Positions 44,166 to 60,620 of a stretch of 64,000 nucleotides of DNA are shown piece by piece (position 1 is the stretch's first letter; the number at the start of each line of letters is the position of its first letter). This DNA comes from the human T2T-CHM13v2.0 reference genome, Homo sapiens. The DNA lies in the NCBI RefSeq assembly GCF_009914755.1, contig NC_060929.1. The stretch is one strand, 5' to 3'. The notes under the pieces are model-generated. The model did not search any database, was not told the origin of the DNA, and saw nothing but the letters and a program-made list of their open reading frames with translations. The position numbers were made by a program, and so were the translations under genes.

Positions 44166-44972
44166 AAGATACAAGGAACAATGTCAATGTCAAATGGGAG
44201 CTTCTCATTGTAACCTAGTTCACTTGGCTTGGAAGACAAGGCCAACCCAAAGGCTATTGGAGGGAAGTCTGTAGCTCTATCAGACAAAATTCTAAGACAA
44301 CATGGAAGAGTAAGAGTCAGAGTGGGAGAGAGTGGTACAGGACATATGAAAAAGAATGCTGAATTTCCCATAAGAAAAAAGACATTCTGGCTGCAAAGGA
44401 TGAAGCAGAGACAAGTGGGAGAAATAAATAGACATATTCTGGGGATTAGTTCCTGGAACTTTTATCTCCTCTGCAGTTTAGATACCAGACAGGAAGAATG
44501 CGACAGAGCCGTTATTATGTGCTCCATCTTTTAATGTACTGTAACCTCTTGGTTGTAGTATGGCTCAGTATGAGTTTTGGAATCTGACAGGTCAGTTTCA
44601 TGTGCACCCCTTTTGGTGAGAAGTGAGGTAGAAAGAGATGTTGAACAAGGACATAGATGTTTGTTTTTCCCCTATTCTGGAAACAGTTGGGATAAGTTAC
44701 AGAAGCTTAATATAGATTCCAGGTTACTGATGTATTTAGAGAACTGAGTATTTAATATGTCAGAGAGGAGATAAGGACTGATGAAAATGTTTCAGAGAAG
44801 ATGGTAATTTTGAGCAGTGTGAAATAGGAATATAATTTAGGCCCCCTTCTTATTATCCAGCACCTTAGTGAATTACTTGAATTATTTCTAGATTGGTTTG
44901 ATGCACATCTTCCTGCTATTGTAAATGGAAAGATGATTCTTCTTCTTCCCTACTTAGTATGTTATATTGTCA

Positions 44973-45086
44973 CTAGGAATAATCTCAATAGATAATTGAT
45001 TGTCATTCAATAATTATCAAAAACTGTTGCTAGGAATAACCTCAACAGATAATTGATTGCTACTTAATAATTGTCAAAAATTTTGG
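44973..45086. repeat. 57-bp tandem duplication, two copies
   Basis: ctaggaataa(t/c)ctcaa(t/c)agataattgattg...aataatt(a/g)tcaaaaa repeated at 44973 and 45030. Confidence 0.9.
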
Positions 45087-47575
45087 CTTGAGCTCAACTG
45101 TCCTACTCCGAAAGCATCATTTTTGGCCATATTCTTCATTACATAATTAACTTATATGTAACACTCTTACAGAGCAGGTCCAATCATTCATTTACCTCAC
45201 AATATATTTTACAACTAAATGATTTTTAAGGATTTGCTAAGAAGCTGTTGTGCATAAATAAGATCCTATATGGGTTTTATTGAGATTTTATTAAGGCAAT
45301 AGTGGCATAATGTTAATGACTAGTAAAATTTTTTTCATAAAATTACTTTGGTTATGCTTTGTGGTGGGGAACACTGCACATCATTTAATCTATGTGCTGG
45401 AATAGACCAGAAATTTTTTCAAAGGAAAAGCTTTACCCTATCTGCACATACCTATGCATCACACCTCCACATGAAGTTGGGGCCGCCATGTTTTCCTGCA
45501 CACAGTAAACACATTTTCCTAGGAGGATGACAGCAATATCCAACTTTCCATATGTTGAAAGTTGAAAATTATGGCTCGTCTCTCAATTGATAGCCTTAAA
45601 TATTTGTACTCAGTTTCAGAGTATACAAATTTAAAATCTGTCTCTCAATTTTTTTCCAAAAACCTAGTCATTTACCTATGTTTGTATCTCCTTTTAAGCT
45701 TTATATATCTTTCAGTGCCCTAAACTACATTCTTGAATTCAGTCAGACCTTTAGAAACCAGCTTACCTGGACTACATCATTGTTCCCTTTTTAAGAAATC
45801 CACCAAAAACCAACACATTTCTCCATTATCTCAAGCTATGCTTTTCCTCAGAATTAATTCTTTTTTATCATATAGGTACTGTGAGTGTATTTCACTTTTG
45901 GCTTCAGTCTGGGAGGCTCAAAATTATATTTGTTAGCCAGCTTTAACAATTGAATAGGACTTGTGGTCTGACTTTTGAATACTGATCCTGACTCTCTATC
46001 TTTCCATTCTGATGTTTCACTGTTTTCTAATTTTTCATTTTTAAAATTTAATATTCTTATATTGTATGCATCAATGACCATGTCTAAAAGTACCAAAGTA
46101 AAAGCCATTTTTAGGAAGGAAGTATGCATTCTAGTAGCTTTGTCTTCAACTTGGAGGCCACATTAGATATTAAAAAATAATAACAACATAAAAGAAAACC
46201 TTTGCAGTTCTCTTAAATATGACACATACCTCATAGGTAACATGCCTTCTGAGTTGGAGGAGAAGCACTCAAATAGTTGATACTTCAGTTGTTTCTCATT
46301 GCCTTGCAAAATATCAATATTGTTCCTTTGACTAAAACATTTTAGAAAATCAGTGGAGAAATTTAATGAGTTTTACTAATTATTCGATTAATATTTCTTT
46401 TCAATACAGCACTCCATTTCTCCTTCACCTCTCCTGCTCCTTGGGAGCAGAACACAGACCCACAGTATATGTTTAGGACTTATCGCTCTCCTTATAGCAT
46501 GTATGGGCATACACTAGTCCCTCGTTAAGGACTTTCCTCTCTAAACTTTGAACTTATTTAAAATTGTGGAATTCCAGAGCCTCGCTTTTCTTATATGCTT
46601 TTTTTTTTTTGAGAACTGTGCTCTCTCCACCTTCATATTTTTCCCTTGATGCCTAACCCTAATTTTGAATGAATACCCTGAGGGCTACTCACTAATGATT
46701 TTTCATGCTAACTATAAATGTGCTCTTTGACCTGTGGAATGTCATTTTATGGCTGCTTTACCATGTCTTTGTGACTTTGCACTCATGTAGCCTGAAAGTG
46801 AACTAAATTGTGTGTGTGAGGAAGGTGTGAACTTATCAGTATAATTATCCCAGTTTTCAGGGTGTATAGTATGGAGCCCTCTTGTTGTGATAAAGCAGTG
46901 AAGATGAAAAAGATGGAATGTGCTCTGGGTTTTAGGAACTCAGGAAACTTTATTGATCCTATAATGCTTCTAAGCTTGACCAAGGGAAGGGAAGTTTCTA
47001 CAAACCTATTGAAGATAAGCCTTTGGAGATGACCATATATAGTTTCTCCAGTTGATTCTCAATTTCGTACAACCCTCACTTTCATCCCAACCTACCAGTT
47101 TACACCACAAAGTGAACTACCAGCACCACTTGTTAATTCAACAAATATTTATTTGGTGCTTATTATGGGCAAAGTATCATGCAAAGCACTTAATAAATAT
47201 TAACAAAGAAGGTAGGAAGATTGGTTTCATTTCTAGGGTTTTTACCTTATTTTTTGAAATTCTAAGAATTATACTATTACCTGTTAAGCCAATATCTCCA
47301 TCCATTCCAGCCTTCTCATCCCTCACCAACTTACCAACTTACGTATTTTCTCACCTCTATTTTAGCTATCACTGGGATGTTCACAAGTTCTTAACAATTA
47401 GAGAATTACCTTGTCTTTCTGGAAATTAGAAAACATTTACTGTGTGTGGGAGAGTTATACTGCATCATGGAAGCTTTCAAGTGGGAAAATATAAGGAGAT
47501 AACACATATTTAGTTATATATATATTATAGTTTATATAACATATATATCCCATATATTATAATATATAATATATA

Positions 47576-48354
47576 TTATGTTGTTTTGATTTGCATTTCT
47601 CTGATGATCAGTGATGCTGAGCACCTTTTCATATGCCTGTTTGACACTTGTATGTCTTTTGAGAAATGTCTATTCAGATCTTTTGCCTGTTTTTTAATCA
47701 AATATTAGATTTTTTTCTGTAGAGTTGAGTTCTTTATATATTCTGGTTATTAATACCTTGTCAGATGGGCAGTTTGCAAATATTTTATCTTATTCTGTGG
47801 GTTGTCTCTTCACTTTGTTGATTGTTTCCTTTGATATGCAGAAGCTTTTTAACTTGATATGATCCCGTTTGTCCATTTCTGCTTTGGTTGCCAGTGCTTG
47901 TGGGGTATTACTCCAGAAATCTTTGCCCAGACCAATGTCCTGGAGATTTTCCTCAATATTTTCTTTCAGGAGTTTTGTAGTTTGAGGTCTTAGATGTACA
48001 TCTTTAATTCATTTTTATTTAATTTTTGTATATGGCAAGAGATAGGGGCCTAGTTTCTTCTGCATAAGAATATCAAGTTTTCCCAGTGCTATTTATTGAA
48101 GAAACTGTCTTTTCCCCAACATATGTTGTTGGCACCTTTGTAAAAAATGAGTTCACGGTAGGTGTATGAATTTGTTTCAGGGTTCTCTATTCGGTTCCAT
48201 TGATCTATGTGTCTGTTTTTATGACAGTGCCATGCTGTTTTGTTTACTGTAGCTCTGTAGTATAATTTGAAGTCAGGTAATGTGATTTCTCTGGTTTTGT
48301 TCTTTTTTGTTCAGGATAGCTTTGGCTATTCTGGTGGGTTTTTTGTTTTTGTTT

Positions 48355-48395
<41 letters not shown>

Positions 48396-48667
48396 TTCCC
48401 CATACAAATTGTAGAATTGTTTTTTCTATTCCTGTGAAGAATGTCATTGGTATTTTGATAGAGATTACATTGAATCTGTAGATTACTTTGGGTAGTAGGA
48501 GCATTTTAACAATATTGATTCTTCCAATTCATGAACATAGAATATCTTTCCATTTTTTGGTGTCCTCTTTAATTTTTTTCATCAGCGTTTTGTATTTTTC
48601 ATTGTATAAATCCTTTAGTTCTTTTGTTAATTCCTACATATTTAATTTTATTTGTGGCTATTGTAAC
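47576..48667 (-). mobile_element. L1MA/L1PB-like ORF2 fragment with an internal (TG)n at 48359-48393
   Basis: ORF2 peptide [21 protein letters not shown]; no 3'UTR. Confidence 0.85.
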
Positions 48668-50989
48668 ATTTGATGTTATAGAATATTTTTACTATATTAT
48701 TTTTATTTTTCATCAATCATCATGTCTAAAAGTAACAAAGCAGAAAATGTCTAAGAAAATCATTAGTGATACTAGCACTGAGATGGCAGATTCACTAAAA
48801 ATTTAGTTATAAAATAATGTTTTTTATTTTAATTTTTACTTTTTTTTGCACTCAACCTCCAAGCATGCTTTTTATTTTAACTTTTCTGAAATGTCACCAT
48901 GACAAAGTATGATAATGAAAGAGCCTTTACATGTCTAATTTTCACAAATAAATTCTAAATGAGTATGTTTCCCCCAAAGTACCTTTTTAGTTAAATATTT
49001 CTTACAATGCAAACATTATTCTCAAACTCTTCAAGTGGCTCAAAATTATTTCAGTTGAAGTAAAACGATCAAAAACAAAATGAATTTAGAAAACCCAAGG
49101 ACAGCTGTCAAATTTTGTCCCCCAGTATAACCAACTGGGTAGTTGTCATGGCTTCATAAGATACATGAACCCTGCTGGAGACAGTGATATCTTAGAAAAC
49201 AACGCAGAAAGTGTTTCTGAAGAATTGCCTCCCATAGTAAGTTTGCTTTCTGACTAAGCAGTGACACAAACAGACCTACTGCAGATGGATAATGGTTGCC
49301 TTATAGAATTTGGCATTAGTCTAGACAAGAGCATTTAGAGTAGATTATGGAAACTGACCTGCCCATTATCTCATTTTATGTTTGGAAACCCTAAGTTTTC
49401 TTGTATTTCTTACTTCACTTCTGAACTGACCTTTGCCTGAAATGGAAGATCCTCTATCATGCAAGACTGGAAGAATTTATTCTGTGTTGCATGTCCTTTG
49501 ATGTATATTTCAAAGATTTCAGCTATATCCAGTCATGCTGCGTTTGCTCAGGTGCAATGAAAAACCTCTGTGTTTGGCATACCCTTGTAGGTGAATTTGT
49601 ATATTTCCCTTCTCGATAAAACAGGATGTCATGAAATTTAATTCCTGATTAATTCCAAAAGGCCTGCTTCCTCAGGTATGGATTAAAATATATTCTATCC
49701 TTGGGATAATTTTGGCTGCCCCAGCAGCTGCCAAATATAAATTAAATGAACTGGATTTTCTGTCCAAGACAAGGCAGGAAATAGGAAATTATCATTTGAG
49801 CCCTTAGTATATGTGAAACCAAAGCTGCCCCCAATGGGCTGTGTGAGTTGTGCTGTGTCCTCACTTCAGGAAATAACTAAAATCCTCAAGAAATAATTAA
49901 AATCTTTAGTCCCTCCAACACTGCATCGCTTTTAACCACTGATACTATTTATTTGCTGGGCTGTTTTCTTTTTATTCTCAGCATGTTATGACAGTTTGGG
50001 CTTGTTTAGCAAGAGGTAGTTATAAGCTGTGGTTTCAGAAATGTTTTTCTAAAAAGATTAGAATGATTAATACTGTAATGTTAACAATTGCTATCTCTTT
50101 AGGCTAGGATTATGAGGAATTCTTAGATTTGATATTATTCTCACACATAAAATGTTATAACTTGCCACGTATATGTATTACAAAGTTTCTTACTAAGGAT
50201 TGGCATCTGTTGCTGCCAATAACTATATATAAAGACTTTGAATTTCTGCAACATTAAGTTGTGCTCTTTCTAGGCATAGGTAAATTTGATTCCGCCCTTT
50301 AAAATAATGTACTCATAAATTTCTGAATAGACTCTTGTGCATCAGGTGTACATGTCAAAGGTAAATAACATTTATAATCACATATGGTGGGATCTGCATC
50401 ACTTTGAAAGGATGAAACTTTTGTTGATATACTCAAAGAGAAAGGCCTGATAGTATTATTTTTATGCTGAAGATCCTGAAAAAAACAGGTATAGTTCTGT
50501 AGGTGAAATAATTTCTGAAATTCTAATAGTGACTGAAGGAGGGAGATGTAAAGTATAGGCACACTCAAGGACACATTTTACAGGGAGAAAATAGACACTT
50601 TGCACAAAAATTCAGGTAATAAATGACCAAAAATGAAATTAAATCTATGAAATATTTTAATTCTTTTGTGACTTAATGTAGCCCATAAACTAGTTGCAAT
50701 TGCACTTTAGTTGAATTGCTGTATAATTTGCCATTTTGCCAGAGTTATTGTAAAAAATGAAAAGAATTTGATATTCATAATGTTCTACATCAATTCTGAA
50801 ATGACTTGCAAGCTTTATCTCCTGAAAACAGTAAATTTCAAAGGCAATTGCTATACAGTTATTTCTTAGGTTAATATAGTATTCACATACATATTTCTTA
50901 TTGGAGATAATTACATTTCATGTGCAATTGTTTTCTTTTTTGTTGTTGCCTGATAATTTCTCAAATCACTTTTCTTTGCTACTGTAGAC

Positions 50990-51201
50990 CAGTGTTTCTT
51001 GACCTCAGCACTGATGACATTTTCAGCTGGATAATTCTTTGTTGTTGGGCCTGTCATGTGTAATGCAGAATCTTTAGCAGCATCCATGTTCCTTAACCAC
51101 ACGATGCCAGTGCACCCTTTCCCAAGTGTGGCAACCAAAAATGTCTTCAAACTTTGCCAAATGTCCCCTGGAGGGAAAATTGATCCTGGTTGAGAATCAC
51201 C
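50990..51201. mobile_element. MER20 (hAT-Charlie MITE)
   Basis: cagtgtttcttgacctcagcactgatgacatttt...gccaaatgtcccctgg...ggttgagaatcac. Confidence 0.85.
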
Positions 51202-52045
51202 TCAGACAAAGCTATAACAACGCTTATAATCATAAGTTTTTTTTTGGTATTTCATCCTTAGTTCTTTGTTTTTGGGGAAAATAATCTGTTATTCATGTCA
51301 AATTCAGTGATATATTAAGCCTGCTTTTCCCAGGGTTCAAAAGACTTTGGCTCTGTAAGGCTGAACATCTAAGTTTATAAAACATTTTATTCATGGGCTA
51401 GAGTTGCTCAAATACTTTACATTCTAATATCACTAAGAAAACATCACAAGAATGACTGAGAGGAATGGAGTTGTTTTTGATGATGCATTAATAAGGAATG
51501 CTATTATCATTATTACTAGAAGCCATTAGTCACTAGTCATGACTTTCATGCAGATATAAAATAAACACATGTCAAAGGTGTTCTTCTACACATTTATTAA
51601 TGAGGGTACCAGTAAGATGTTAAACTAATCCAAAGAGCATTTGAGAAGCTAGGTATTCATAAGCAATTTAATAAAGGGATATTAGATACAGAACTGGTTA
51701 ATGTTTTATGAGGGCGATGAATAATAACTTTTGGAGATTTATTTTTTCACCAAACAAATATTATTTGCATCTCTACAAGATAAAAATATGTAAGTTAATA
51801 TAGAACTTTACCTAGTCTCTCTCTCTCTCTCCAGTGTGCAACCTCTTCTTTACTTCCTTTTTCTTTTTAAAGGAGGAACAGTTTTTTTTTAAACCATAAC
51901 TCTCTTCTCATGTCTGAAAAACTCTTAGAGTAAATGGTCTACAATCACTTCATTCATTTTCCACACCCTAAAGTCAGGCATCCAACATTTTCAAATTATT
52001 AAATATAAGATATCAAGTGTTGGATAATAACAGCAACATTGCTAA

Positions 52046-52349
<304 letters not shown>

Positions 52350-53971
52350 AATATGCTGTTTTGTATGTATGTCACACATCACAAGTAAATTTATATGTAT
52401 TCTATATATCCATATATATATATTTTTTTTCCATTAGCCTTGGGGGACTTGTGAAATTATTTCATACAATTGTTGGTGACCTAAGGTAAAATTTGCTAAG
52501 TTAATTATGAAATACACCATACAAAACATTAACATAGTTCCTGAAACATAGATATTTAATAAATATATTAACAATAATAATAATTACAGCATTTTTATAG
52601 AGTACTTTAATTAAAATTGTGCTAACTGTGAAAATCTAGAATAACTTTGAAAGTTAAAGTATGAGGTAATTAATCAAGGCATTGCAATCCTAGTATTCTG
52701 TTTTAAATTTAATTTAAGACATTATCTTCTCAGTTAAGGAAAAGAGGAAAGACAAGAAAAGGAAACAAACCATTTTGATCAATTAGACATCGGATTAAAT
52801 CAAATAAAAATAAAAATAGATTTGAGGTCTTTGTAAAACAGCATATGTTAAGACCCAAATTCAGAAACCTGTGTTACGCCTGTCTTAAGTTTGAGTGCCT
52901 TGTAATTTTATCATATGACATTGTTTTTAATTTAGTCATGAAAGACAATGAACGTCTTCTTAAATGTGATATCTTTTTGTATTCTTCCTATTCACTGCCT
53001 ATTCCTTTCCACCAAGGAAGAAAATGAAGATAATAAAACATGCTGAGATAAATCAGTAAAATGTTTTTTACATTTTCATCAGTAATTAAATAAGAAATGT
53101 ATAGACTTCCCACTGCATGTGTATTCTGACTTCTATAAAGGCTCAGCTTTTCCCATAACTTAAAAAATATAATAAATAAATGGAAGGTGGCCAAATGAGA
53201 GTTCCATAAACTGCCATCTGGCAGTTCCTTTCCACTTTGATCTGATTTACTTCATCTGGTGGTAGAATGTGTCCATCTGAAGATAAATTCACACACAGCT
53301 CAGCTATGTAATTATATTACATTTCAGGAAAAACTGTATGTGGTCAAGCTTGTTAAAGATAGTCAGTTTCTATGGAAGTACACACATTTTCAAAGCTGTT
53401 GGAAGATTATCAGAAACTGTAGGTGACAAATTCCAGATAGAATTACCCATTCCCTCTCCAAAGCCTGATCTCTGTTTATTTCCCTTGCAATAGGAACCTC
53501 TACAATGCATAATTTTCCCACTTCAATTCATTTAGCCTTTTAGTGGGGCTCCTCTTCATTTTATGTAACACTATTCTTTTGATATTTTTAAGTGCTTCTG
53601 TTTAACACTTCCAAGAATAAAGCAGTTAATTTCCCATTGCATTTTATCTCACTCTAAAATTAAGGTTAGTCATAGAGTTAGGGTTTCATTTGTCATTTTG
53701 CTAAGGAGGCCGGATCATGTGAATGTATTCAGTTTAAATTGCACTTTGATGTCTGGGTTGACATATTTTCTCAGTTAAGAGCAGAAATACCTGGCAAGTA
53801 AATTAGCTTTCCTGTGACCTTCAGTCTTTTCTTAATCTGTTTGTTGTTTAAGAGGGAATATGAATATGGTCTAGCCCCTGGAGACTTTGAATGCAAAGAC
53901 ATTAGCATCTGTAGGCTTTTTGAGATCCCTCCAAGACAGAATTCATTTGGTGGAACATAAACTTGGGGAAC

Positions 53972-54340
53972 TGTATTAGTTACCCATTGCTATGTGACAA
54001 ATTGGGCCCAAACTCATCAGTTTAAAAACAAGTATTTATTTATTATCTCACAGTTCTTGATGGTCAGCAATATGGATATGGCTTAACTAAATGGTTCCAG
54101 CTCAGATTCTCTCCCAACGTTTAATTAAGCTGTAGGCTGGAGCTGCAGTCATCTCAAGGCTTACAGAGCTACAAAATTTATTTGTAAGCTCACTCAAGTG
54201 ATTGTTGTCACACCTCTGTTCATGCTGGCTTTGGCTGGAGGCTTCAGTTCCTTTCCACATGTGCTTCTCCGTAGGGCTGATCACAGCCTGGGAGCTTGCT
54301 TTCCCCAGAGTGATATAAGAGAAAGAAAGGAGAGAACAAG
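53972..54340 (-). mobile_element. MLT1 (F/G-like) LTR fragment
   Basis: tgtattagttacccattgct...tattatctcacagttct...gctgcagtcatctcaaggctt. Confidence 0.7.
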
Positions 54341-55548
54341 AGTACCTCCACTTTTCCTCCTCATTGTGCTTTCAATCAAAGGTTATTATCTCCATTTAGA
54401 AAGTAGAGGCACAGGGTCAAGAACAAGCCTAAGGTCACTGAGCCAGTCAGTAGGTAAAGAGCCCATGCTCCTTTCATTATACTCTCCTTTTCTTATCTTG
54501 GGAAACTTCCCTGTCTACTTTTAGACAGTGTTTGGACTTCTGAAAGAAAATGTCAAACTTTTTTTTTTCTAAAGCTTTCTTTGGTTTATTTTTACCTCTC
54601 CAGGCACAATCATCACTCCCACAGCAACACTAGCCACCCATTTCCTCACAGTAGAGCGTTTAAAACCTTAAAATAAGACTCAGCCATATAGTAGTTTTTA
54701 AATTTTTCGTCTTAATTAAACACATTTTTGAAATCAAATACCGCATTCTCACACCGTGATAGAGACTATGCAAAGAATAGAAAGTATGGATATTATCTTC
54801 AAGAAGCTTAAAATATTTAGAGAAATAAAACACAAGAAACATTTACAGCCACTTATCTTTATTTTATTAATCCTAGATTTTTCCCCCTTTGCTTCAACCT
54901 ATTAAATGTATTTTTAAAGAAAATTGAACATGACTTCTATAGGTCAAGGGATATTGGCCATATGTCTTTTCCCTGAAGCACGAGGGTGGGTGCACTCTGT
55001 GGACAAATATAACAAGACAAAACGTATTATAAGTTAAACGTTCAATAATGAGTGGTAAGACAGTTTGAGTTGACAAATTCTTCATACTTGGGCTATGGTT
55101 CCTACCTCCAAAATCCATATAGACATTTTTTTTTCTTTGAATCTCAATTTGAGCTCGTGATCTTCTCTACCCAGAACTTCAGTCACTACTACCGAGTCTC
55201 ATTTTGTACACAACTGAAATTACTGTATTTAAGACTTGTTTTATACCCTTATTGTCACAATTACAGTTAGCAATACATTTCAGACAATATTTATAACCCT
55301 AACAATTATATTCTTCCTTAAATTTCTTGCCTCTGTGTTTATAGTTAACACTATAAAAGTGCTGAATTTTGAGGGCTTTGCTTTTAATCAACTTCTTGTG
55401 TTATTTTAATAATACTTTTAAAAGAAAAATATAAGAATTCTAATCTTTTAAATAAAAGCCATTCTATGCAAAAATACTTTTTATTATCTATTATTATATT
55501 AATGTCAAAGAATAATTTGGCTATCTATACATATATATGTATGTAGAT

Positions 55549-55632
55549 ACTGGCATACCTTGTTTAATTGCCACTTGCTTTATGAGCTTTGTAGATACTG
55601 CAACTGAGGGTTTGTGACAATTCTGTGTCAAA
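55549..55632 (+). mobile_element. Tigger1 terminal fragment
   Basis: ta|ctggcataccttgttt...tgagggtttgtgacaa resembles the Tigger1 end. Confidence 0.6.
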
Positions 55633-55634
55633 CC

Positions 55635-58865
<3,231 letters not shown>

Positions 58866-60288
58866 ATAATTAAATCCTAGAAAATTAAAATAAAATGCTG
58901 AAAGATATATGCCTTGATAATGCAAGAGTTAGAATGTGAACATAGGTCTAATAGCTTTTAGTCCAGTGTTCTTTGCACTGAATCATATTGCCCACTTCCT
59001 CTTCCCTATTCTTTTCTACAGCATTTTAAGTTACTTAGATGTTTAAGTTTGTTCCAAGTACTGTGAAAGGCGAAGAGCACACTTTACTAATTACAAAGGA
59101 CTCAGTATCATAGTGTTCTCAAAACATGCCTAGCTGATAAATCAGTGCTGCAAGTGATTAGGACTGCCCTACAGCACTGGAAATGCTTTTACTGGTGGGG
59201 AATTCTAAAGTGATTCTATAACTTAAAATCTAAAAATATTATCAGATTGGCAGCAAGGTTGATAAATTCCTGGCAGTGTTGGGGAAATAAAGTGACTTAA
59301 ATCAAAATATCATAAAAAGATATGTAGAAAGAAAAATGGAGCTAAAAGATGTTGAGATTGCAAATTCTGCAGTAATTAACAAGCATTATGCCATCTCTTC
59401 ATAATTATTCAGAAAAGTTTGTCATGCTTATTATGAGTTATACTTTATAATTATAGGATGGCCTTTTGCTATGACATTTTCATCAAATTTGCCTGTGGCT
59501 TTAGTGTTAAGAATGCTGGATTATATTTAAAAATATATGCTGATATTTTAAAGATTAAGTCAGAATAACAAACTAGTGAGGTTATAGTGATTCTTTTTTA
59601 TTTTAGGATTAAATGAGATAAACGATGCAAAATGCTTACCACTCTCCTGCCACAATGTAGGCACTCAAGGAATGTTAGTTAATTGCCCCCTTTCGCTTAC
59701 CATGTAAACAATATTTCTGAGGTTTCAGATTATCCCTAATACAACTCCTTTTGGACTTAGTTTTATAATAGGTACAGTATCACTAAGTACAAATTTATTC
59801 TGTTTTTGTAACATGTCTGTGTATCATTTAAAGCGTAATCATTTTAGCTGTCTTGTTTACAACAAATAAGTTTTAATTATAAGTAGCCATAAATCTACAC
59901 AATTCTAGCAAGGCTGTTTTTGGTGTTTAAATGAAGTGCTGCAATGTAAGCCTTTATTTCAGGTTTTAGAAAAATTCTTGGTTGTTGATGAATAGTGGAG
60001 CTTTTAACCCTTATGAGAAAGTTGCAATGTCCTCTAGGTGATTCTGAAGTTAAAAAAGGTTAAAAGGAAAGAGAGGAAAAGTGTAGAACTAGGAGTAAGT
60101 AGAACTCAGTTCAAGGCCTGCTCTGCCATTATCTAGATGTATATGTTTTACTGCAAATTATTTTACCTTTCCTGTATTTCCTCTTGCAAAATCAATTTAA
60201 GCATAATTATCAGATCTAAGAATATACCCATCCTTACATGTCAGTGTCATTATAGACAACATGAAAATCTTGAAACGTAAGACAGTAA

Positions 60289-60620
60289 TGAGACAGCCAG
60301 ATGGGAGGGGTTCCCTGGAGAAACTCCAACCAGCCTGCCCACTGAGGCGGAGCCTCAGGAAGTTCATGACATTTGCAGCAGGGAGGAGCCCGGCCTCTCC
60401 TTTTCCTGTGTGGAACGTGGGATTCAAATGGCTGGCAGGAAGCGCTCTAGCAGGGAACTCTGGCCTTGTGGAGGATCCCTGTTTTCCCTATCTTTTTCCT
60501 TCTCACCCAATAAAACCCTGCTGTACTCACCCTTTAAACCATCTGCGAGCCTAAATTTCCATGGCCGTGGGACAGACAAGAACCCCGTCTTTAGCTGAAC
60601 TAAGGAAAATTCCTGTAACA
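60289..60620 (+). mobile_element. MER61-like (ERV1) solo LTR
   Basis: tgagacagccag...ggagaaactccaaccagcctgc...aataaaaccc...tagctgaactaagg...aaca; TG..CA ends, 4-bp TSD GTAA. Confidence 0.85.

Noticed and set aside
60289-60620. p53 response element expected in some MER61 subfamilies
   Set aside because: No paired RRRCWWGYYY visible in this copy
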